Part shown: positions 11,561 to 21,118 of the stretch, one piece after another
How the letters are laid out: every line of letters starts with the position of its first letter
How positions within the stretch are numbered: the first letter of the stretch is position 1
Assembly: GCA_963752895.1 (NCBI GenBank)
Contig: CAVWAE010000020.1
Location: 60,878-124,877 of the forward strand
Length of the DNA: 64,000 nt
Direction: 5' to 3'
Origin: an uncultured Alphaproteobacteria bacterium
Lineage (GTDB): Bacteria > Pseudomonadota > Alphaproteobacteria > Rhodobacterales > Rhodobacteraceae
The notes under the pieces: generated by a model
Databases searched by the model: none
The model's input: only the letters and a program-made list of their open reading frames with translations
Told to the model about the DNA's origin: nothing
Position numbers and translations under genes: made by a program

Positions 11561-12766
11561 GTGACCATTGCCTATGTGCTGAACACCTATCCGCAACCCT
11601 CCCAAAGCTTTATCCGCCGCGAAGTGCGCGCCCTCGAACGCCGGGGGGTCCCGGTGCTCAGGATCGCGATGCGGCGTTCCGAACTGGAGCTGATCGATCC
11701 GGGCGACCGCGAAGAGGCGACAAAGACCGCCTACGTGCTCGATGCCGGTGCGGCGGGACTGGCGGGCGCCTTGGTGCGCGCCTTCGTCAGCGCCCCGGGG
11801 CCGGCCTGGGCCGCGTTCAAGCTGGCGCTGAAAGTCGGCCGCGTTTCGCCGCTGGGGCGGCTGAGGCACCTGATCTACCTCGCCGAGGCAGCGGATGTGA
11901 AAGCCCGCTGCGACCATGCCGGCGTCACCCATGTGCATGCCCATTTCGGGACGAATGCCGCCGCGGTGGCCATGCTCACCCGGGTGCTCGGCGGCCCCGA
12001 CTACAGTTTCACCGTACATGGTCCCGAGGAATTCGACGCGCCGGCCGCCCTGTCGCTCGGCGAAAAGATCGCGCACAGCGCCTTCGTCGTCGGCGTCAGC
12101 CAGTTCGGCCGCAGCCAGCTCTGCCGCTGGACCCCGCTCGCCGACTGGGACAGGGTCAAGGTCGTGCATTGCGGGATCGAGCCGGCCGTCTTCCCGGAGC
12201 CGGCCCCGCCGCCGGCACACGACGGCTTGCATCTCGTCGCCATCGGACGCTTCGTCGAACAGAAGGGCCAGAAGGTGCTGATCGAAGCGATGGCGAAACT
12301 GGGCACCGACGGGCCACCGGTGACTTTGGCGCTGGTTGGCGACGGCGAACTCCGGGGCGATCTCGAAACCGCGATCGGCGAGGCCGGGCTCGGGGACAAA
12401 GTGCGGATCACCGGCTGGCTCGACGAGGCCGGGGTACGCGCCGAAATCGCCGCCGCCGATGCGCTGGTGATGCCGAGCTTCGCCGAGGGCCTGCCGATGG
12501 TCATCATGGAAGCGATGGCCATGGCCCGGCCAGTCATTTCCACCTATGTCGCCGGCGCGCCGGAACTGGTTCTCGAGGGCGAGAATGGCTGGCTGGTGCC
12601 CGCGGGCGATCCAGAAGGGCTTGCGGGTGCGATCACCGAACTGGCCGCCACACCGCCCGAAACCCGTGCGGCGATGGCGCAGGCTGGACGCGCGCGGGTG
12701 CTGGAACGGCACGGGATCGACGGACAGGCCGCGCGTCTGGCGGGCTTCATCGAAGCCGCGTCCTGA
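11561..12766 (+). CDS. Family 4 (GT-B) glycosyltransferase, WcaL-like
   Basis: 401 aa, GTG start; ..LVGDGELRGDLE..VRITGWL..ADALVMPSFAEGLPMVIMEAMAMARPVISTYVAGAPELV..GENGWLVPAGD (E-x7-E type GT4 motif). Confidence 0.8.
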   Translation: MTIAYVLNTYPQPSQSFIRREVRALERRGVPVLRIAMRRSELELIDPGDREEATKTAYVLDAGAAGLAGALVRAFVSAPGPAWAAFKLALKVGRVSPLGRLRHLIYLAEAADVKARCDHAGVTHVHAHFGTNAAAVAMLTRVLGGPDYSFTVHGPEEFDAPAALSLGEKIAHSAFVVGVSQFGRSQLCRWTPLADWDRVKVVHCGIEPAVFPEPAPPPAHDGLHLVAIGRFVEQKGQKVLIEAMAKLGTDGPPVTLALVGDGELRGDLETAIGEAGLGDKVRITGWLDEAGVRAEIAAADALVMPSFAEGLPMVIMEAMAMARPVISTYVAGAPELVLEGENGWLVPAGDPEGLAGAITELAATPPETRAAMAQAGRARVLERHGIDGQAARLAGFIEAAS

Positions 12767-12945
12767 CGCCTGGAAACTACGCGTAGTATTGAGGGTGCGC
12801 CCCGACCGACCGTTCGCACGGGGCGTGCGGACTTGTCTGAAGATCCGGGTTTCGGGTGGATCAGGCGGCGTGTTCGTACGGCCCAAGCATTCCCGTTCGC
12901 CCCGCCCCGTGATCCTGCATGTTTCGATATCCCGGTGTTTTTGGA

Positions 12946-13000
12946 CTAGGGGCTAGGGGACTAGGGGACTAGGGGACTAGGGGACTAGGGGACTAGGGGA
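12946..13000. repeat. Tandem octamer repeat CTAGGGGA, about 7 copies
   Basis: Read directly: CTAGGGG then six exact CTAGGGGA units, lying between the convergent 3' ends of 11561-12766 (+) and 13200-14045 (-). Confidence 0.95.
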
Positions 13001-13199
13001 ACTCCATTATCGTTAAATATCAATAGGTTGATTTGGCTCCAGCGTTAACTTCCCGTCAGGATCCATGGCCTGGCCCGGCGCTTCCGCTTTGGGCGGGCCG
13101 GTCGCGGGAGCCGCGCTTTGCGGGGCGGACCAAGGTCGATCGACTCGAACGGGCCAGCCGGGCACGGGACCTGTTTGTCGAAAACCGGGGGTGGCGGGC

Positions 13200-14045
13200 T
13201 CAGCGGCCGCGTGCCCAACGTTCGCCGCGGGCAGGCAGCCTGCTTGCGAATTTGACCGCAGTATAGACCGACCATCCAACCGGATCGCTCAGAAACAGCT
13301 TGAGCGTGCCGCCGGACCCGAGCGGGGCCTTGTCCTCGTTCGCCTCGAGGTCGGGCCGGAAGGCCATGACTTCGCGCACACCCTGGTCCTGGCGGCGGCG
13401 CACGCGCACCAGCGGGAAGAACCCGTCCGACAGTGGCCATTCGTAGGTCTCGGGCACCTGTACCCGCTCTGCGGCAGCGAAAACGAGCCGGGCGAAGGCG
13501 TCGTCGCCGCGCACCCGTGGCCAGGTTTCCCATCGCGCCCGGCCCGCCCGGTTCATCGCGAACAGCCCGAAGCCGGGCGCGCGGGTTATGAAAAACGGCA
13601 ACCGGGTCCAGATCCTTGCATAGGCTCGGGTGATCGCCGAGGGCGACCGGCTGACGACCGGGGTGCCGCCGCCATAGAGCGGCGCCGCGCTGTCGAGTGC
13701 GCGCGCGAGCGCCCCGATCAATCCCGGTGAGACGGTCACGTCGGCGTCGAGATAGATCAGGACCCGGCCCGTGGCCTCCGCGTCGCCGAGATCGAGCGCC
13801 AGCGGTTTGCCGCCCTCGGCACTGTCGATCACGGTGAAGGTCCAGCCCGCGTCCCGGGCCTGCGCTTCGAAGCCTCGCGCGATACGGGCGGTGTCGTCGG
13901 TGCAGCCGTTGGCCACCACGATCGCCTGCGCTTCGAGCCCGTGGATGTCCGAGCCAAGCAGCGCCGCGAGCGTCTGCCCGAGATAGCCCGCCTCGTCATG
14001 CGCCGGGATGATGACGCTGAGCATGGGCGAAGCCTGTGGTGTCAT
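13200..14045 (-). CDS. Family 2 glycosyltransferase
   Basis: MLSVIIPAHDEAGYLGQTLAALL..AIVVANGCTDDTARIA..VLIYLDADVTVSPG (GT2 N-terminal motif and DxD). Its start overlaps the stop of 14042-15745 by 4 nt. Confidence 0.8.
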   Translation of the reverse strand: MTPQASPMLSVIIPAHDEAGYLGQTLAALLGSDIHGLEAQAIVVANGCTDDTARIARGFEAQARDAGWTFTVIDSAEGGKPLALDLGDAEATGRVLIYLDADVTVSPGLIGALARALDSAAPLYGGGTPVVSRSPSAITRAYARIWTRLPFFITRAPGFGLFAMNRAGRARWETWPRVRGDDAFARLVFAAAERVQVPETYEWPLSDGFFPLVRVRRRQDQGVREVMAFRPDLEANEDKAPLGSGGTLKLFLSDPVGWSVYTAVKFASRLPARGERWARGR

Positions 14046-15745
14046 TCAGGTGTGACCTCATCGCGTGCCGCAACCAGCGCATCCCACCGCGGGTTCTTGT
14101 CTCCCAGATGACGCAGATGTCCCCAGCTGCCGTATTTGCTGGGGGATTCGACGTCAACATAGGCGGCGAAAACCCCGCCATCCACGGCTTTCCAACCCGC
14201 GAGCACCTGCTCGTAGAGCGCGGCCATTTCCGCCGTGTAGTTGAGGTGGATCAGGAAGGCGTTGAGCTCTTCGTCGTCATGTTCTTCCCAGCTTGCCACC
14301 ACGTGCGTGCCGGCCTCATAGGCGACCATGTCCAGCCCCCATTCGGCCGCGACCTCGGCGTGGTAGGGAAACAGCGTGCCGACCAGGCTCGGCACATCGT
14401 GCACACCCTCCTGGGGCCCGTCGCCCCCGGCGAGGTGTTCTGCCGCGCGGGTCACCGCCGCGTCGAACCGGTGCGCCTCGACATAGGCCGAGCGTGCGGT
14501 GCCGGTGAGCCCGTCGGCGTCGGCCTGCGCGGCGGCCGCCGCCTTGCTGTCGGCGATCCAGGCGCGCACCGGGTCGGCCCAGTCGCCGCGCCCGAGATGG
14601 CTGCCGAAATAGCCGGTCACCGCGTAAGCGTCGAAATGTTTGCCCGGGGCCGTGCGCCCGCGCTCGTCGGCCACCCATTGGCCGGCGTTGAGGATCTGCT
14701 TTTCGAGCCCCAACCAGCCGGTCTGGGTGGCGATCACCCGCACCAGGCGGGCGTCGGCCTCGTCACCGAAGACCTCGGTCCAGATGTCGACGACCTCCGT
14801 GGCCCGGCCGGCGTAGAACTGGATCCAGCTCGGGTCGCGCTTCCACAGCGCCTGGGCCTGTTCGTCGGCCCAATGCGCCTGGTCGAAGCCCCAGTTCCAG
14901 ACCTCGTTGGAAAACTCGACCCAGGCGCGCAGCTCCGGATCGAGCTGGTCGCGCACCACTTCGGCGAAGTTGCGCACGAAGTCGTCGTCGGCCAGGTGCG
15001 GGATGTTGAACCAGGGCTCGGCGCCGGTCTCGTGCGCGAGCCGGATCATGACCTCCAGAGGCACGCCGTTCATCCGGTAGCTGAGGTCGCCGGGTTCGGG
15101 GCGGTCGGCCCAATGGGCGAGGAGGGAATCGTTGGTTTCCATCCAGTCCATGAACCGCAGCACCTCGAAGCCGTCGATCAGTGCCATCCAGTCGGGATTG
15201 AATATCTCGCCTGAGCTGTGCAGCGCCACCCGGTCCTGGCGCACGACGGTGAGGTCGCGCACGTAGTCGCCGGTGCCGCCGGGATCGGTGCTCAGGATGG
15301 TGATGTGAACTGCGCCGTTGCCCGGTGCGAAGTCGAACTCGGCGCTACCCGGGCCGTAGCTCACGTTCATCGCGCCCTGGTCGATCTCGACCTCGCCGGT
15401 GCCCTGCCAGCGCACCACGTAGCGCCCGGCGACACCACCCGCGTCATCCGGCAGGCCGGTCATCACCAACGTGCCGATCGAACTCACGCCGGGCGGGATC
15501 GTTGTCGGCCAGCCTGCGTCGTCGAACACGCCCGCGGCCAGCATGTCGTCCCAGTTCATGACCTCCCAATCGTCGGCGCCGTGGCCGATCCACGGCCGCG
15601 CGGTCTTCATCAGGTCGAGAAACGGCAATCCCGTGCTCCAGTCGACCGGAGCGGCGAGATTGATCCCGAGCCCATCGGCGTCGGCGCGGGCCGGGGCCGC
15701 CAGAAACACGAGAACGGCGAGCAGAGTTTTGAACAGACGGATCAT
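14042..15745 (-). CDS. Secreted glycoside-hydrolase-like protein (N-terminal beta-sandwich-like region plus clan GH-A-like TIM barrel)
   Basis: Start chosen at MIRLFKTLLAVLVFLAAPARADA (signal peptide). Candidate acid/base WVEFSNEVWNW and candidate nucleophile MVAYEAGTH. Confidence 0.5.
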   Translation of the reverse strand: MIRLFKTLLAVLVFLAAPARADADGLGINLAAPVDWSTGLPFLDLMKTARPWIGHGADDWEVMNWDDMLAAGVFDDAGWPTTIPPGVSSIGTLVMTGLPDDAGGVAGRYVVRWQGTGEVEIDQGAMNVSYGPGSAEFDFAPGNGAVHITILSTDPGGTGDYVRDLTVVRQDRVALHSSGEIFNPDWMALIDGFEVLRFMDWMETNDSLLAHWADRPEPGDLSYRMNGVPLEVMIRLAHETGAEPWFNIPHLADDDFVRNFAEVVRDQLDPELRAWVEFSNEVWNWGFDQAHWADEQAQALWKRDPSWIQFYAGRATEVVDIWTEVFGDEADARLVRVIATQTGWLGLEKQILNAGQWVADERGRTAPGKHFDAYAVTGYFGSHLGRGDWADPVRAWIADSKAAAAAQADADGLTGTARSAYVEAHRFDAAVTRAAEHLAGGDGPQEGVHDVPSLVGTLFPYHAEVAAEWGLDMVAYEAGTHVVASWEEHDDEELNAFLIHLNYTAEMAALYEQVLAGWKAVDGGVFAAYVDVESPSKYGSWGHLRHLGDKNPRWDALVAARDEVTPE

Positions 15746-15849
15746 GACGTACCCCCAATTTGGGAAGAGATGGCGTTGGATCGCCGTGGCGGCAAGAGCG
15801 CGCCGGCACACGGGGAATGAATATTCGGTCATCGGCACTTTTCCCGGAC

Positions 15850-16560
15850 CTAGCTCGGCGCCATGTCCGCCAGCAGCACGACGGCGGCATGGATCAACCC
15901 GCCCTGCACAGCGAACCGGCCGTCCAGCCGGTGGTTTACGCGAAACGGGCCGGTGTCTACCAAAAAGGTCGCTTCGAACTGGCCGGTATCGACATCCGGC
16001 GTCACCAGCACGGCGTCGAAATCGAGCAGCTTGTGGCTGACCGGGAACTGGCATTTGTAGAAAGCTTCCTTGGCGCAGAAGATCAGCTTGGCGAGACGTC
16101 CGCGCGCCGCTTCGGGTTGGGTCGCGAGCCAGGCGCGTTCTTCCAGCGTGCAGATGGTGGCGATGAGGTCGGGGTCGAGCGGGCTGTCGTGCTCGACATC
16201 GATGCCGAGGCTCTTGACCTGCGACGACCGTGCGACGGCGGCGACACAGGTGGTGTCGTTGTGGCTGAGGCTGCCGGTGAGGCCGCGCGGCCAGGACGGC
16301 GCGCGCGACCGGTTCGAGAGCACCGGCCGGGCGCTGAGACCGAGCTTTTCCATCGCCCGGTGCGCCGCGACGCGGCCCGCGACGTATTCGCGCCGGCGGC
16401 TGTCGACCGCGCGCGGCATCTCGGCAAGTTCGGTCGGAAACGCGCCCGGATATTCGGCCCGGGGATCAGTGACCGCCACCGCGACCGGGCGTCCCGGCGC
16501 GACGTCCACGAGACCCTGGAAGGTCTCTTCCGTGGTGTGGAAGGCGGTCTCGAGCATCAC
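15850..16560 (-). CDS. 4'-phosphopantetheinyl transferase (EntD/Sfp type)
   Basis: ..EYVAGRVAAHRAMEKLG..WPRGLTGSLSHNDTTCVAAVA..SLGIDVE..IFCAKEAFYKC. The start GTGATG overlaps the NRPS stop codon. Confidence 0.85.
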   Translation of the reverse strand: MMLETAFHTTEETFQGLVDVAPGRPVAVAVTDPRAEYPGAFPTELAEMPRAVDSRRREYVAGRVAAHRAMEKLGLSARPVLSNRSRAPSWPRGLTGSLSHNDTTCVAAVARSSQVKSLGIDVEHDSPLDPDLIATICTLEERAWLATQPEAARGRLAKLIFCAKEAFYKCQFPVSHKLLDFDAVLVTPDVDTGQFEATFLVDTGPFRVNHRLDGRFAVQGGLIHAAVVLLADMAPS

Positions 16561-19500
16561 GCCGCGACCCGCCCGCGCTTCGCCCGCATCTCGCGGCGGC
16601 GCGCCATGATCGCCGCCCGGTCGAACTCGGGCAGCACGATCGGGGCGTCGGACGCCTGGTCGGGACCGGCGAGGCCGTACTTGGCCGCGAGGTGCGCAGC
16701 AAGATCGCGCAGGACCGGGAACCGGAAGACCTCGGTGATCGCCGTGCCCCCGAGCCCTTCCAGACCCTTGATTTCCTTGTGGGCCTTGACCGCGAGCAGC
16801 GAATGGCCGCCGAGCGCGAAGAAGCTGTCGTCGGCGCGGATGTCGTCGATGCCGAGCGCCTCGGCCCAGATTGTCGAGATCTGCGCCTCAAGCCCGACCC
16901 CGGGGGGCGGCCCCTCGCCGGACCGCTCGATGCGCACCTCGGCCTCGGGCTCCGGCAGCGCCTTGCGGTCGACCTTGCGGTTGGGGGTGAGCGGCAGGGC
17001 GTCGAGCACCATGAACTGCGCCGGCACCATGACCTCGGGCAGGTTCGCCACCAGATCGGCGCGGATCGCGGCGGTATCGACGGCGCCGGCCTCCTCGATA
17101 TAGGCGACAAGGCGGGTCTCCGCCCCCTCCCCTTTCGGCACCACGACCGCCTGGCGCACACCGTCCGCCCGGTTGATCCGGGCCTCGATCTCGCCCAGCT
17201 CCAGCCGCTGGCCGCGGATCTTGACCTGGTGGTCGGTGCGGCCGAGGAAGTCGAGCACCCCGTCGGCGCGCCAGCGCACCAGATCGCCGGTGCCGTACAT
17301 CCGCGCCTCTTCGAAGGTCGCGACGCCGGTCTCTTCCGCAAAAGGATCGCGCCGGAAGCGGTCGGCGTTGAGCTCGTCGCGCTGCCAGTAGCCGCGCGTG
17401 ACCCCGAGGCCGCCGATCCAGAGCTCGCCCGGCAGCCCGACCGGCACCGGCTGCATATGCGCGTCGAGCACATAGACCGTCTGGTTGGCCATCGGCTTGC
17501 CCACCGGCACGACGCCGGTTTCGTTGCCCTCGACCGGGTGCGCGGTCGACCAGATCGTGGTCTCGGTCGGCCCGTACATGTCGATGATCTGGGCATCCGA
17601 GATCGAGCGGATATCGGCGGTGAGCGAGGCGGTCACCGCTTCGCCGCCGAGCAGGATCTGCTTGAGCCCGCCGAGGGCTGCGCGCGCGCCGTCGTCGGCG
17701 AGGATCATTCGCCCCATCGAGGGTGTGCATTGCAGCACTGTCGCCTTGTGGCGGGTGAGCTGGGCGGAGAGCGAATAGTCTTCGCCGCCGCTGTCCCCAT
17801 CCGACAGGGTCACGCGGGATTCCTCGCTGACGATCACCACCTTGAAGCCGCGGGTGATGGTGTAGAACAGCTCCAGCACCGAGATGTCGAACCCGAGGCT
17901 CGTGACCGCGAGCCAGACGCCGTCATGACCCTGATCTGGCCCCTGGTCGAGATAGGCGTCCATCCCGGTGAAGAAGTTGGACACGTTGCGGTGCTCGACC
18001 TGCACGCCCTTCGGGATGCCGGTGGAGCCCGAGGTGTAGATCACGTAAGCCAGCGCGTCGCCGGGGATGTCCAGGTCCGGGCGGCTGGTGTCGGCGTCGC
18101 CTGACACCATCACCGGCACCGCGTCGGATTTCGGCAGGCTCGGGGCCAGGCCGAGGTTGGTCACCACGAAGGTGGCCTGGCTGTCGGTGACGTAATGCAC
18201 CAGCCGGTCGGCCGGATAGGCGGGGTCGAGCGGCACGTAGGCCGCACCGACCTTGTGGATCGCGACCGCCGCGATCATCAGCTCGAAGGAGCGGGCGAGA
18301 TAGATGCCGATGCGGTCGCCGGGCACAGCACCTTCGGCGATCAGCCGGTGCGCCAGCGCGTTGGCGCGCGCGTCGAGCTCGGCGTAGCTCATCGAACGGT
18401 CGTTGAACACCAGCGCGGTGGCATCCGGCGTGCGGTCGACCTGGGCTTCGAACGCCCTGTGGATCGGCCCGAGGTAGCTTTCGGCCTGGGTCTGGTTCCA
18501 GTCGACGACGGTCAACGCCCGCTCGCGCGCGGGCATCACCAGGAGCTCGCGCACCGGCCGGTCCGGCGTGGCCTTGAGGTTGTCGAGGAACAGAACGAGG
18601 CGGTCGGCAAGCAGCACGAGCGCCTCTTCTTCGATCAGCCGTGCGTCGTGCCAGAGCGTGATCCGGCCCATGCCCAGCGCGAGCGTGAGCGCGGTGCCGT
18701 CGATCGGGCCGTTGCGGCTGAGGCCGATCGAGGGCATCTCGACCGCCGCGAGCCCCGGATCGCGGGCGATGAGGTCGGCGGCGAAACTGCCCGTCCGGGC
18801 GGCGGCAAGGTCATCTGCGAGCGCGCCGGCAAGCGCGGCGACCGGCGCCGCGGCCGGGTCTTCGAGCGTGAGCGCGAGCGGTACCCAGGGGGTCACGTAG
18901 CCCGGCGTCGCCTGTGCCGCGGCCTCGATCTCGGCGCTGGCGAAGGCGAGACCCGCCCCCCAGTCGCCGGTGTTGTGCAAGGCCCAGGCCGCGAGCGCCG
19001 CGAGGGCATCGTCTTCGTTGAGCCCCTTCGGCGCGGTGAAGTGCCGCTCGCCCCAGGAGGCGAGCCCGCGGGGGCGCTGTGCGAGCGCGAGATGGGCGGG
19101 ACGAAAGCCCGCGAGGCGCGCGCGCCAATGGGGCTCACCCGGCGCGAGCGCGGCCATGGCGGCACGGAGCGCCTCCGATTGGTCCGGCTCGGGCGAGGCC
19201 AGCACCGCCCCTTCGAGGGCCGCGGTGTAGAGTTCTACCGGATGCCCGGCCATGTCGGCGAAGCCGCTGAGACGCACCGCGCCGTCGCTCGTGGCCACGG
19301 TCATCGAGTCCGGGCTCACACTCAGCACCGTGCCCGGCTCGGCGGGGGCGACGGTTTCGACCGTCTTGGCCTTGCCCACCAGCAGGAGCCGGCCGCCGGC
19401 CTTGATTTTCGGCATCGCCAGCGGATTCCAGTAGCCGCCGAAATCCAGCGCCCGGACGACCCGGGCGACCTCGACCGCCGCGCGGTTGAAATCGAGCCGG

Positions 19501-20093
19501 CCGGCCGCCTCGGGGCGCGCGGTCGGCTTGAAATAGCGCCGCCGGGCGGGGTCCTGCGGACGCCGGTCGAGTTTGCCGGCTTCGATCTGGTCGAGCACCG
19601 CGTCGAAACCTTCGAGCCCGGCGGCGTAGCATTTCGCGTTCAGGGTGAAGGCGGTCTCATCCGCGGCGATGTCGAAGTCCTTGAGGCAAAGGATGTCGCC
19701 TTCGTCCTTGGTGCCCTCGACAAGGTGCCAGGTGATCCCGTGTTTGGGCGCGCCGGCCATGAGCGCCCAGGCCGGCGTGTTGGGCCCGGCGCAGTCCGGC
19801 AGCGGCCCGTCCTGGAAGTTGATCGTGCCCTCGCGCGGGAGCGCCCTGAGCGCCTCCGAGATCACCCCCGGGTTGGCGATCGAGAGCAGCCAGTCGACCG
19901 GGATGTCGTCGTCGGCGATGATGAGATCCTCGAAGCGCGCCGCCTGGGCGAACCCCGCGTCGCGCGCCCAGGCGCGAACCTTTTCATTGGCGCTCACGAC
20001 CCCGGTGATCGTGTGACCGCGCGCCACGAGCGCGTCGCCACACCCGATGACGAGTGTCTCTTCTCCGATGAGCAGGCAGGACAACTGGGTCAT
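16557..20093 (-). CDS. NRPS-like loading module: formyltransferase-like domain, degenerate condensation-like region, adenylation domain (glycine code), PCP
   Basis: Start at MTQLSCLLIGEE (ATG at 20093). Fmt-like GTINFQDGPLPDCAGPNTPAWALM. A-domain motifs LSYAELDARANALA, YVIYTSGSTGIPKGV, FDISVLE, YGPTETTIW, GELWIGGLGVTRGY, YGTGDLVRW, GRTDHQVKIRG. PCP motif FFALGGHSLLAV. Confidence 0.85.
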   Translation of the reverse strand: MTQLSCLLIGEETLVIGCGDALVARGHTITGVVSANEKVRAWARDAGFAQAARFEDLIIADDDIPVDWLLSIANPGVISEALRALPREGTINFQDGPLPDCAGPNTPAWALMAGAPKHGITWHLVEGTKDEGDILCLKDFDIAADETAFTLNAKCYAAGLEGFDAVLDQIEAGKLDRRPQDPARRRYFKPTARPEAAGRLDFNRAAVEVARVVRALDFGGYWNPLAMPKIKAGGRLLLVGKAKTVETVAPAEPGTVLSVSPDSMTVATSDGAVRLSGFADMAGHPVELYTAALEGAVLASPEPDQSEALRAAMAALAPGEPHWRARLAGFRPAHLALAQRPRGLASWGERHFTAPKGLNEDDALAALAAWALHNTGDWGAGLAFASAEIEAAAQATPGYVTPWVPLALTLEDPAAAPVAALAGALADDLAAARTGSFAADLIARDPGLAAVEMPSIGLSRNGPIDGTALTLALGMGRITLWHDARLIEEEALVLLADRLVLFLDNLKATPDRPVRELLVMPARERALTVVDWNQTQAESYLGPIHRAFEAQVDRTPDATALVFNDRSMSYAELDARANALAHRLIAEGAVPGDRIGIYLARSFELMIAAVAIHKVGAAYVPLDPAYPADRLVHYVTDSQATFVVTNLGLAPSLPKSDAVPVMVSGDADTSRPDLDIPGDALAYVIYTSGSTGIPKGVQVEHRNVSNFFTGMDAYLDQGPDQGHDGVWLAVTSLGFDISVLELFYTITRGFKVVIVSEESRVTLSDGDSGGEDYSLSAQLTRHKATVLQCTPSMGRMILADDGARAALGGLKQILLGGEAVTASLTADIRSISDAQIIDMYGPTETTIWSTAHPVEGNETGVVPVGKPMANQTVYVLDAHMQPVPVGLPGELWIGGLGVTRGYWQRDELNADRFRRDPFAEETGVATFEEARMYGTGDLVRWRADGVLDFLGRTDHQVKIRGQRLELGEIEARINRADGVRQAVVVPKGEGAETRLVAYIEEAGAVDTAAIRADLVANLPEVMVPAQFMVLDALPLTPNRKVDRKALPEPEAEVRIERSGEGPPPGVGLEAQISTIWAEALGIDDIRADDSFFALGGHSLLAVKAHKEIKGLEGLGGTAITEVFRFPVLRDLAAHLAAKYGLAGPDQASDAPIVLPEFDRAAIMARRREMRAKRGRVAA

Positions 20094-20113
20094 GTCGGAA
20101 CCTCTGAACAGGG

Positions 20114-21115
20114 TCAGGACGCGGTGCCGGACGGCGCCGCGCGGTGGGTGAACAGGGAGCGAAAGTGGTGGCGCAGGAGATCGCGCCCGAAGCGGCTGGT
20201 ATTGCGGTAGCGCACGGATTTCGGGTTCACGAGACGGCGCAGCATCCACACGCCCTCGCCCGCCAGCAGCGCCAGGGTGACCGCGATGGTATAGGGCAGC
20301 CCGTAGTTCTTGCGGAAATAGTAATAGCGCGAGTCGAACCAGTAGTTCGGCACCCGTTCCCAGCGGTCCATGCCGGTGGCGACCCCGCCGATATGCACGA
20401 CGCGGCTGTCGGGCAGCGACCAGATCTCCCACCCCGCCCGCTTGCAGCGCAGGCACAGGTCGGTTTCCTCGAAATAGAGAAAATAGGTCTCGTCGAAGAG
20501 CCCGACCTCGTCGAGCATCGCCTGGCGGAACATCACCGAGGAACCCGACACCCAGTCGACTTCGACCGTGTTCAGAGCGACCGGCGACGGGTCGCGACCG
20601 CGTTCGAGGAGTTTCGAGAACACCGCGGTGCGGGCCGCGTCCTCGAACTCGCGCACCATGTTGGGAAAGCGGAAAGCGCCGTAGGCGGGCGCGCCGTCGG
20701 GCGTCAGGATCAGGCTGCCGGCGACACCGACTTTCGGGCGGGCCTCGAAGAAATCGACCAGCGCCCGGATCGCGCCGGGTTCCGGCACCGCGTCGGGGTT
20801 GAGCAGATAGATGTAGTCGGGTTTCTCGCCCGAGGTGAGACCCGCCCGAATTGCGAAATTATTGCCCGAACCGAAGCCGCCGTTGTGGCCGGCGCTGTAG
20901 ACATGGATCCGGCCGTCCTCGGCCCAGCCCCTTTCGGCAGAGGCCGCCAGCAGGTGCTCGAGGGAGCCATCCTGAGAATCGTTGTCGACGATGGCGATCT
21001 CGCCGCCGAGATCCGCCATTTCGCGCAACGCCCCCTCCGCGGCCTTCACCGCCAGTTCGGGCGTGCGGTAGTTGAGGATGACCGTCAGCACCTTGGGTTC
21101 AGACAACAGGTTCAC
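20114..21115 (-). CDS. Family 2 glycosyltransferase
   Basis: KVLTVILNYRTPELAVKAAEGAL..IAIVDNDSQDGS..GHNGGFGSGNNFAIRAGL..YIYLLNPDAV. The GTG start is immediately preceded by TAAGGAG, which includes the PKS stop. Confidence 0.85.
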   Translation of the reverse strand: MNLLSEPKVLTVILNYRTPELAVKAAEGALREMADLGGEIAIVDNDSQDGSLEHLLAASAERGWAEDGRIHVYSAGHNGGFGSGNNFAIRAGLTSGEKPDYIYLLNPDAVPEPGAIRALVDFFEARPKVGVAGSLILTPDGAPAYGAFRFPNMVREFEDAARTAVFSKLLERGRDPSPVALNTVEVDWVSGSSVMFRQAMLDEVGLFDETYFLYFEETDLCLRCKRAGWEIWSLPDSRVVHIGGVATGMDRWERVPNYWFDSRYYYFRKNYGLPYTIAVTLALLAGEGVWMLRRLVNPKSVRYRNTSRFGRDLLRHHFRSLFTHRAAPSGTAS

Positions 21116-21118
21116 TCC

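Noticed and set aside
12946-13000. Possible CRISPR array.
   Set aside because: The units are 8 bp and directly abutting with no spacers. No cas genes are in the window.
13019-13032. ATCAA-tagg-TTGAT as an FNR/CRP-type box.
   Set aside because: The half-sites are in the opposite orientation to the TTGAT-N4-ATCAA consensus. It lies between two 3' ends where no promoter is expected.
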